Virus record (IMG/VR): IMGVR_UViG_3300045988_161114
Coordinates: 1-64,000 of that record
Strand: one strand, 5' to 3'
DNA length: 64,000 nucleotides
Source: a virus
Below are positions 26,146 to 33,995 of this stretch, piece after piece. Both the position numbers and the translations under genes were made by a program. Under the pieces are notes generated by a model. The model worked only from the letters and a program-made list of their open reading frames with translations, ran no database searches and had not been told where the DNA came from. How positions within the stretch are numbered: the stretch's first letter is position 1; each line of letters starts with the position of its first letter.

Positions 26146-26799
26146 ATGAAGCCAGAGTTTAAGACTGAAAATTGTCCTCCAGGATTTTATATAGATGGCG
26201 CCATTCAATGGAGTGCGTCAAAAGAGTATTATACATATTCATTAATATTTCAAAGAATATTTAATTCAATGTTTCCGCCAGGTAAAGCTCCTCAAGAGTT
26301 TTTGAATATACTTGTAGTTGGAGGTGGAGACTTCCAACTTATTAGTGGAAAGACATTTTTATCAAATGAGAATAGAATAACGCTTGTTGATCCTGGTGTT
26401 ACTGAATATTTTAAACTTCTTGAAGAGAATAAAGAAAATATTCCTGAAAGGATTTATAATGAACAAAGGCATTGTTATGAATCTAAGTCCTTCTTAAATA
26501 TTCATGAAAAAACTATTCAGGAATTCTTAAAAGATAATACTCAGACTTTTGATATTATTGTGGTAGATTTAATAGATGAACTTGCTGCTGATCCATATAA
26601 TGAATATGCGTCAGGGCTATATAAAGCTTTGCGTCCTGAAGGAGTTATGATTGGATACGGCGGATTAAGCTATACTGATTTTGTTGTAAATGGATCAATT
26701 CTTCCATTGGAATGGAATGATGTAGTTATACATAAAAAGTATTTTAAATCTTGGAAAGATAATGGTGTCTTTTATGGGCTCAGAAAACCTAAGAAATAA
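26146..26799 (+). CDS. spermidine synthase-like (aminopropyltransferase / class I SAM-dependent fold)
   Basis: ILVVGGGDFQL (compare GGGDGG), ITLVDPG, FDIIVVDLIDELAADPY (compare YDVIIxDxxDP) and LRPEGVM. The ATG at 26146 was used rather than the track's 26041, which overlaps the previous gene. Confidence 0.5.
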   Translation: MKPEFKTENCPPGFYIDGAIQWSASKEYYTYSLIFQRIFNSMFPPGKAPQEFLNILVVGGGDFQLISGKTFLSNENRITLVDPGVTEYFKLLEENKENIPERIYNEQRHCYESKSFLNIHEKTIQEFLKDNTQTFDIIVVDLIDELAADPYNEYASGLYKALRPEGVMIGYGGLSYTDFVVNGSILPLEWNDVVIHKKYFKSWKDNGVFYGLRKPKK

Positions 26800-27346
26800 A
26801 ATCCATAACATTATAAAATGGATGGATGATAATTCTTTCTGTAAAAATATTATTGAAGATGACAAAAACGGGAAGATTATAAAAAAGAATGTTGATGCAA
26901 TAGATCATATTTGTTTTTCCAAGTCTAAATGGTCTGCGTTTCCTGTATATCCATTTTCATGGAACGATAATTTATATGGAATAGAAAACATCTTATTTGA
27001 AAATAAGATTGGATTCGCTTGGATAAATAAATTCTCTGAAGGGTCTATTGTTAGCGAACATTCTGATTCTGAAAAAATAAACGAATATATTAATTATCGC
27101 ATAATAATGTCTATGTCAGATGGTAAATGTTTGTTTAAGACGGATCATAAGCATAGACTTGATACAATGTATCAGTTTTCTGTATTTAAGCCTATGGAGC
27201 CACATTCTCTTATTCAAGAAGAGAATGATGGATATTATCTGATATTAGATGTATATAAAGAAGATTTATCTATTGATGATTTAAAAACCATCTATAAATA
27301 TTACAAAGAAAGATATATAGATGATATTCCAGAAACGAATAAATGA
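26762..27346 (+). CDS. cupin-type 2OG-Fe(II) dioxygenase-like (Asp/Asn beta-hydroxylase-like), paralog 1
   Basis: SIVSEHSDSE provides H-x-D, followed by YRIIMSM and a distal His in MEPHSLIQ. The start is uncertain (26762, 26774 or 26822). Confidence 0.4.
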   Translation: MVSFMGSENLRNKIHNIIKWMDDNSFCKNIIEDDKNGKIIKKNVDAIDHICFSKSKWSAFPVYPFSWNDNLYGIENILFENKIGFAWINKFSEGSIVSEHSDSEKINEYINYRIIMSMSDGKCLFKTDHKHRLDTMYQFSVFKPMEPHSLIQEENDGYYLILDVYKEDLSIDDLKTIYKYYKERYIDDIPETNK

Positions 27347-27929
27347 ATTAAAAGATTCAATATCTGGTTATTTTTCTGATATTTTAGAAGAGTATAAAGC
27401 TGCAAGCTTTGATAATACTATGGATACCTATACTGGTATTTGGCGTAGTGCTGTTGTATATGGTATTGATATAATCAATACAGAAGTATTGCGTAAAACT
27501 AATTTCCGTGGCTATGAAAAACTTTTAAGAGGCATAGATTCTTTTAATAGAATATTGGCTATGGATAATTATAAAATAGCCTCTATTGAATTTAATTACT
27601 TTGAAGATTGCAAAGTAGAACCTCATGTCGATGATCATAATTTTGACGATAGAAGAATAAGAATATTTATTCCTATATCTTATAATAAAAAGCCTGAAGT
27701 TTATATCCATGAAGGAAATCCTTTTAATTCAGAGGAAACTATAAGTGGATATAATGATGGCACACCTTTTATCTTTGATTGTACATTAAAACATTCAGCT
27801 AATATACAAGGAACAGCAACTTGTGCAATAGTGGATTTGCTACCAAAAGATATTAGCGCATTAGACTATATTAAATATTGTTCTAAGCCTTTAATGTATT
27901 ATTGGGAAAAAACTTTTAAACTTACTTAG
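27321..27929 (+). CDS. cupin-type 2OG-Fe(II) dioxygenase-like (Asp/Asn beta-hydroxylase-like), paralog 2
   Basis: KVEPHVDDHNFDDRRIRIFIPI provides H-x-D then R-x-h-h-P, and FIFDCTLKHSANIQG provides the distal His. This is the pattern of the Asp_Arg_Hydrox family as recalled. Confidence 0.45.
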   Translation: MIFQKRINELKDSISGYFSDILEEYKAASFDNTMDTYTGIWRSAVVYGIDIINTEVLRKTNFRGYEKLLRGIDSFNRILAMDNYKIASIEFNYFEDCKVEPHVDDHNFDDRRIRIFIPISYNKKPEVYIHEGNPFNSEETISGYNDGTPFIFDCTLKHSANIQGTATCAIVDLLPKDISALDYIKYCSKPLMYYWEKTFKLT

Positions 27930-27942
27930 AAAGAAAATTAAT

Positions 27943-28206
27943 ATGAACCAAGAATTAGATAAAGCAATAGCATTGTATCAAGAAGGCTTAGATAATGTAA
28001 TGAAGCCTGTTTATGATGCTATATTTTGTGTAGCAAGTAAAGGCGAAGATTCTTATGTATTTAAATTAGATACATATGAGCCGCATATTGTTGATAAAGT
28101 TATCTCTATTCTTAAAAAGAAAAAGTTCACTATTGAAAAAATATCTGATACTGAATTTGAAGTATGGGGATGGGCATATGAAAATCCTCAACTTTATTTA
28201 TTCTAA
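27943..28206 (+). CDS. hypothetical protein
   Basis: 87-aa ORF, the last gene of the cassette before the dnaE C-gene. Confidence 0.6.
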   Translation: MNQELDKAIALYQEGLDNVMKPVYDAIFCVASKGEDSYVFKLDTYEPHIVDKVISILKKKKFTIEKISDTEFEVWGWAYENPQLYLF

Positions 28207-28218
28207 TGTAAGATAAAA

Positions 28219-31200
28219 ATGAAATATAAAACTTTAAGAGAATTAGTATTAAGCCACTCCCAAGAGGAGTGGTTTTTGCATAATAAGAAGAATATCATGT
28301 TTGAGCTTAATCATTGTGAGCTCCACCATATTGATTCTTATTTTTTAAATCTTTACAATGCTGGTATTAAAGATCTAGATAATCCTAATAGTAGTAATAT
28401 TTTATATTTACTAGGTATGACTAGTGTTGAACCACATAAACGTATTGATACTGTTGGTGGTGGCTTCCCGGATTAAATTAGTCCCTTTTGTTAAGAAATT
28501 AACAATAGAAAACTCTGTGAAAACGGTGAAACTCCTGTAAGGACAATACCGTGCGAAACTTTACCAAAGTAAAGGACGTGTAACGACTATTATGTAGGGC
28601 CAAGTGGTTCGAAGCGCAGAGCGCCTAAGTCTTCATAGATATGGCGATGAGATAGTCTGCTCTATATAGTAATATATAGCTGGGTTTTATTCCCGGGTAT
28701 GGATTAACGACCCATACTGAACATAAAGGATCGATAGCGATTTCAGTAATGATAAACGTGAAAAAGTATTTGATTATTTAAAATCTAAATATGGTGATGG
28801 TTTCGCACATTTAGGTACTATTACTTATACTGCTGGCAAACAAGTATTTAAATCAGCTGCCCGCATTCATGGTATGTCATTTGAAAAGGCAAATAAGATT
28901 TCTAATCTTATGCCTGACATAAATTGTCCCAGATTAGAAGTTTTATTAGAAGAAAATTCTGATATAAAGAAACTTTACAATTCTGATACAGAAATTAAAG
29001 AAATATGGGATGATGCTGTTAAATTGCAAGATTGCATTAATGCAACAGGGGTTCACGCTTGCATGTTATCAGGCACCAAAGTTACCATAAAAAGAACTAA
29101 TAATTCTGAACCTGAATACATGAATATTGAAGATGTTAAAGTTGGATATCTGGCTTTAACACATCTATTAAATTGGAAGCCTGTAGTAGATGTTCAGGTT
29201 AATGAATCTAAGTTAAGTAATGTTGTGGCATTTACATACCAGCAAACTGATTATGACGAATTTTCAGTTTTAAGATGTACATCTAATCATCCTATATTTG
29301 TAATTGACACTATTGAAGATGATGATGATCAAAAAGATGAACTTAATGGTACTTGTTATTGGATAAATGCCGGCGATATTAAACGTCGTTATAGAGTTGT
29401 TGGTGCAGACATTAATGGATCTTTTAGAACTCCAAGAATGGTTCTTCATACACATCCATATTCTACTGTATATAATGATTCGAATGATGAAACAGTCAGT
29501 GTATATAACCTTACTGTTTTAGATGATTCCTCATATATCGCTAATGGTATTGTAGTACATAATTGCGGAGTAGCATTATCTGATAGACCATTATGGGAAG
29601 ATGTTCCATTATGGGATAGTAAAGGTAAAACTGTTACCCAATGGGAGGGTAACAAAATTGAAGAATATGCTGGTATTGTTAAGCTAGGAATCTGGCGTTT
29701 CCAATAGGAATATTGGTTATTATTACACCGGAATTAAGCGAGAAGGCTGTGATGCTAACTCGAGTCCGAAGGCTATTTTAAAGCAATAGTCAGGCGCAGA
29801 GCATAGGTAGTGAAACTGTTAATCAGAATATAATCTACCCACGAGGCCGGTGCAACCAGAACGGTTGAAAAAATATGCCGAACCAGATTAAAAAGAAGTC
29901 TGGATTGTTAAGATAAAAAACTTAACACTATATATTTTATATATATAGAATTTTTGAGACATCCTTGGTTTAAAAACGCTTGGTGTACTCGAGTATGCTA
30001 AGAAACTTATTAAAGATAGACATGGTATTGATATAGATTGGTATACATTACCAATGGATGATGAAAAAGCATATAAGATTATGTGGGATAGACGTAATTA
30101 TGGAATATTCCAATTTGAAGAATCTGGTATGTCTTCTTTTATTAATAAGTGTAAACCTAAAACAATACATGATATAGCAGTATGTGTTAGTACATGGCGG
30201 CCAGGACCAATGTCGGTGACTGGACTTGTAGAGCGTATAATAGGTAAGATTAGTGGAGAAATCCCTAAGACTGACTTTATATTCCCAAAATATAATTATA
30301 TTTTTGAAAATGCACATAACGAAATTGTCTTCCAAGAAGGTTTCATCAGATTATCAATGGATATGTGTGGATTCACAGAAATAGAAGCGGATAAACTAAG
30401 AAAAGCAGTAGGTGAGTAATTGCCCCTTGTTTTAGTAATGAAACAATGTGTATCGAGCAAAATCGGTGAAGGCTGAGATGCTAATACCGAGGTAAGCTTA
30501 TAGTAACTATAAGCCACCGTAGAGCGTAGAGATTGAAAAGATATAATATCTCCAAGAGTGTTCGACATCCTTATAGGATGAAAATGTACGCCGAACTTAT
30601 GCAAATATGAAGTATAAGAACTATTGGATAAAAAGCCAATAGGATAACATAATTGAAAAAAGATGCTGCTTTGCTTGCGTCATTAAAAGACAAGTTCATT
30701 AATGGTGCTGTTGCTTCTGGTGAAGATGAGAGAAAAGTTAGTTCATTTTGGGAAGAACTAATGCTGTTTGCGCAGTATGCGTTTAATGCTTCGCATGCGT
30801 ACTCGTATGGTCATTTGACCTATTATACTGCTTGGCTTAAAGCCAATTATCCAAATGAGTTTTATTGTTCTATTATAAGTTGTGAAACTGAGGCTTCTAC
30901 TCAGCGTATTTATATGGAAGATGCTAAAGCTCATGGTATTAAAATTTTACCTCCTAATCTTAATGAATCTGATAGTGGTTTTACACTAGATAGGAATAGT
31001 GATATTATTTATGGTTTATCTGGTATTGCTAATATTGGTGAACCTATTTATAAGCAAATTATAGAATTGCGCCCGTTTAAAAGTTTCGGCGATTTCTTAT
31101 TAAAAACACATCTGTTTGGATCTAGTATTACTAAGAAAGCTATTGATGCTTTAATACGTTCTGGATCTATGGATTGTTTTGGATATAAACGAAGCGTTAT

Positions 31201-32089
31201 GCTTCGTTCTTATGAGAAGTTTAAATTAGACTTTGATCCTAAGAAATCATTTAAACGTGAAATTGCTAAAACTGGCGAAATGTCTGATGAAATTAGGGCA
31301 AGATATAAAGAGTTCTTAGAAAAGGAATCTGAATATTTTGAGGATAAAACATTTAAAGAATTCTCATTGTTTGATATTTTAGAAGACGAAAAGAACTTTA
31401 TTGGAGTGTATATTTCCGGCGATCCAATGGATTTAGTAGTAAAAACTGTAACCGAAAGACACTTTACATCAGAAGAAGTTAAATCTGCTGTAGAGTATAA
31501 AGGTATGTTTTCTGGTTCTGTTATCGCTTATATTTCTTCTGTTCGTGCTTTGAATACCCGTACTGGTAAGAAGATGTGCTTCTTAGATTGTATAGATCAT
31601 GAGGGGAAACGTTTTTCTGCTACTGTATTTGATCCTAATTATACAAAACTGAAAGATATTTTACGTTCTGGTAATTATATACAATTAGTTATTTCTGCTA
31701 AACCAAGTTATAAGGGCAACGGCGAAATAGATTCTATTGTTAATATGGCGATAGATTTAGGTGAACGGTGTAAAGAACAAGTCCGCGAGGAAGAGCATAA
31801 AAATAAAGTTAAAGAAGCCTTTATTATATTAGATGATATTCCTAGTAGTGTAAGATTTAAATCTATTTTGAATAAAGTTCAAGAATTAATTCCTGAAGAT
31901 AAATTTGATTCAGATGGAGCTGTATCAATAGTGGTAAAAGTTCCTTCTAAGAAATATGAATCTGTTAATATCGAAAGGAAAGATTCTGACTTTGAAATGA
32001 GATTTGGGCCTTTTTATACTAAACTTATTGATGTTGAAGTAATCAGAATGCTTAATAAGCTTCTTGATGTTACAATAGCTACAAGATAG
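28219..32089 (+). CDS. dnaE: DNA polymerase III alpha (DnaE) C-terminal gene, four exons: join(28219..28473,28730..29685,29957..30413,30656..32089); contains a mini-intein
   Basis: Spliced junctions restore DnaE motifs: GGGFPD|IDSDF (PDxDxDF), AGIVKL|DILGLKTL (KxDFLGL) and ADKLRKAVG|KKDAA (RRAMGKKK). Also present: IFQFEESGM, WRPGPM, FNASHAYSY, and an OB-fold-like tail. The 85-aa exon 1 carries a degenerate copy (SYFLNLYN...NILYLLGMTSVEP) of the end of the N-fragment. Confidence 0.85.
28474..28729 (+). mobile_element. group I intron (IA2, T4 td-like; 256 nt, ORF-less) in dnaE
   Basis: The 3' half, gagatagtctgctctatatag...ttcccgggtatggattaacgacccatactgaacataaagg, is near-collinear with the T4 td intron 3' half (GAGATATAGTCTGCTCTGCATGG...TTCCGGGGTAAGATTAACGACCTTATCTGAACATAATG). 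U at -1 and a terminal G. Confidence 0.85.
29060..29563 (+). mobile_element. mini-intein (168 aa, no endonuclease domain) in DnaE
   Basis: Begins CMLSGTKVTI (block A) and has LRCTSNHPIFV (TxxH, block B). It ends VYNLTVLDDSSYIANGIVVHN with +1 Cys. Excision gives TGVHA-CGVALSD, aligning with E. coli GKHAGGVVIAP. Confidence 0.85.
29686..29956 (+). mobile_element. group I intron (271 nt, ORF-less) in dnaE
   Basis: The exon ends in U (aagct|) and the intron ends in G (tttttg|a). The sequence (ccggaattaagcgagaaggctgtgatgctaa...ccacgaggccgg...aaatatgccgaac) is homologous to the 3' part of the recA intron. Confidence 0.8.
30414..30655 (+). mobile_element. group I intron (242 nt, ORF-less) in dnaE
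   Basis: The exon ends in U (gtaggt|) and the intron ends in G (ataattg|aaa). It shares gaaggctgagatgctaa and aaatgtacgccgaac blocks with the 29686 and recA introns. Confidence 0.8.
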
Positions 32090-32120
32090 GCTGAGAGAAA
32101 TCTCAGCCTTTTCTTTTTGT
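32088..32120 (+). terminator. rho-independent terminator after dnaE
   Basis: Stem aggctgaga / tctcagcct, loop gaaa, then ttttcttttt. Confidence 0.75.
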
Positions 32121-32177
32121 ATAAAAACAAAAAATTGTATATAATTAGAACAATAATAATTTATATGAAAGTTTCTA

Positions 32178-32570
32178 ATGAAAAAAGAGTTTTATATCGA
32201 TAGTTATAATAATTTTGTATTTAAAGCTACTTTTAAAGAGTATGAAGAAATAAAAGAAGTTCATTACGATGATATTTCTGATCTTATACCTGTTAAAGGC
32301 AATAGGGTAATAGGTGTTTCTATTAATAAGACAAAATTTAAAGAAGCTATTGTAGCAATGACTAAAACTAGAGATAGTGTATATCAGATGGAACTTTATG
32401 CTGATTTCTCCTTTTTTAATTTTGGTGATAATCATCATTTTTTGTTATTCCGCGCAGATGATGGATTAATCGAATGCAAAGTTGTATTCAGAATAGAAGA
32501 TGACTTTTATGCTATTAATATGTCTGATTACCTTCCTATCTCTGTTATAGATTTCTTAACTGAATATTGA
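32178..32570 (+). CDS. hypothetical protein
   Basis: 130-aa ORF. No motifs recognised. Confidence 0.65.
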   Translation: MKKEFYIDSYNNFVFKATFKEYEEIKEVHYDDISDLIPVKGNRVIGVSINKTKFKEAIVAMTKTRDSVYQMELYADFSFFNFGDNHHFLLFRADDGLIECKVVFRIEDDFYAINMSDYLPISVIDFLTEY

Positions 32571-32571
32571 T

Positions 32572-32709
32572 ATGTATTATATTCATTTAATTTATAAATG
32601 GATAAAGAGTAATTTATTCTGCATCCATGATTGGAAATATAAAGAAATGAAGACATATTGTGGTCGCTCATATAGAGAGTGCAGCAAATGTGGAAAAGTT
32701 TCTAATTGA
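32572..32709 (+). CDS. small Cys-rich (zinc-ribbon-like) protein, 45 aa, below the ORF-track cutoff
   Basis: Hand translation: MYYIHLIYKWIKSNLFCIHDWKYKEMKTYCGRSYRECSKCGKVSN. The CxH...C...CxxC spacing is present. The ORF fills an otherwise empty 150-nt gap. Confidence 0.35.
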   Translation: MYYIHLIYKWIKSNLFCIHDWKYKEMKTYCGRSYRECSKCGKVSN

Positions 32710-32721
32710 TGGTAAAATTGA

Positions 32722-33657
32722 ATGCATTTTTTTAATAAATTAAATAATCATTTAACACGTAAGCCTGCCCTTAAAGCCAAACGATTACCAACAATGTATC
32801 CTAGCGCTGCTAGTTGTCGTGATATGGACAATCCAGCAATAGTGTATGGTGCATGTATGAGACAGCAATGGTATCGATGTGCTGGATATAAAGAAAGTGA
32901 TCCATCTGGTGAGTATAGCCAATATATATTTGCTGCTGGTAATCTATGGGAAGATTGGCTTACTGAACAATGTAAACAAATGGGGATTTGGGAAGCTAAC
33001 AGTGTAAAATGGTCACTACCAGAATATTATTTATCTGGTGAGGTTGATATTGTTGTTAGAGATCCTGAAACTGATGAAGTTATAATTATTGAATCTAAGA
33101 CTTATAGTAGTAATAATTATAAAGCTAAGTCTGAATTAATTGGTTTATCAGGTCGTACTCCTACTCCTAAAGTTCAAAATGTAATGCAGGCTGCATTATA
33201 TTTAATGTATTTTTCTAAACCAGAAAACGGCGGAGTTAAAAGAGTCTTGTTGACTTACTTTGATAGAAGCTGTGCTGGCCCAGAAAACAATCAAGAATTC
33301 TGGATTACTTTAAATCCAGTTGAAGAAGGTAAAACCTTTATTCATATTGATTGTAAAAATTCTAAGGGTGCATCATTTTCTTATGATATGCCCGGCATAA
33401 CTATGGAAAATCTACTTGCTCGTTATACAGAATTGATAAATTCTTTACGAGAAAGTCAAGAAGTTCCACCTCGTCCAGATTATGAACATGTATATTCTGA
33501 TGAAAAAGTCATTAGGTTATACAATGCTGGAGAGATTGCAAAAACCAATTACGAAAAATGGGAATCTAATAAAACTAAATATCCTATTGGTGATTGGCAA
33601 TGCGCTTATTGTAACTATAAAACTTTATGTAAAAAACAACAAGAAACATTAGCTTAA
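32722..33657 (+). CDS. Cas4/RecB-family PD-(D/E)XK exonuclease with Fe-S Cys cluster
   Basis: GEVDIVVRDPETDEVIIIESKTYSS (D...E-x-K), VMQAALYLMYF (QxxxY), an N-terminal Cys (GACMRQQWYRCAG) and a C-terminal CAYCNYKTLC (C-x2-C-x5-C). Confidence 0.7.
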   Translation: MHFFNKLNNHLTRKPALKAKRLPTMYPSAASCRDMDNPAIVYGACMRQQWYRCAGYKESDPSGEYSQYIFAAGNLWEDWLTEQCKQMGIWEANSVKWSLPEYYLSGEVDIVVRDPETDEVIIIESKTYSSNNYKAKSELIGLSGRTPTPKVQNVMQAALYLMYFSKPENGGVKRVLLTYFDRSCAGPENNQEFWITLNPVEEGKTFIHIDCKNSKGASFSYDMPGITMENLLARYTELINSLRESQEVPPRPDYEHVYSDEKVIRLYNAGEIAKTNYEKWESNKTKYPIGDWQCAYCNYKTLCKKQQETLA

Positions 33658-33670
33658 TAAAGGCAATAAA

Positions 33671-33988
33671 ATGACTCAACAAAATAATACTCAAGTCTAC
33701 ACTTTAGAACAATTGACAGCTGCTGTTAATAATCTTAGCAGCGGCATAATTAGCCATGAAGAAGGAATTGCTAATATTAGCATTCTTGTATCTTCTGTTA
33801 TGGATGTTCTAATTCAAAAAGGTGTTGTTACAGAAGAAGAACTGACTGCATCTGTTGCTAAAACTTCTGCTAAAGTTACTGAACAAATTGAATTGATGCA
33901 AAAAGAAGCTCTCGCTGATGCTGAAAAAGCTGCTGCTGTACAAACAGCATCTGCTGCTAATGATGAAGAAGTAAAAGCAGCGGAGTAA
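33671..33988 (+). CDS. hypothetical alanine-rich helical protein
   Basis: 105-aa ORF. Its composition suggests a coiled coil. Confidence 0.6.
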   Translation: MTQQNNTQVYTLEQLTAAVNNLSSGIISHEEGIANISILVSSVMDVLIQKGVVTEEELTASVAKTSAKVTEQIELMQKEALADAEKAAAVQTASAANDEEVKAAE

Positions 33989-33995
33989 TATAAGA

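Noticed and set aside
23438-28729. The idea that the whole 5.3-kb interval between the dnaE halves is one giant intron, or is trans-spliced, joining ...RAKYP to DIDSDF.
   Set aside because: The 256-nt intron at 28474..28729 already has a complete td-like core. Its putative guide sequence (gucc) pairs with its own upstream exon end (ccggau), not with the N-fragment end (auccu). The N-fragment has its own stop codon and hairpin, and the interval contains terminators and eight normally spaced genes. RNA-seq would settle the question.
30296-30604. Minus-strand ORF spanning dnaE intron 3, and the short read-through tails of exons (for example ...GIWRFQ*, ...VGE*, ...NISFYFLTYHVIIVLI*).
   Set aside because: These are explained by intron sequence following the 5' splice sites. 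Motif restoration after splicing shows they are not coding.
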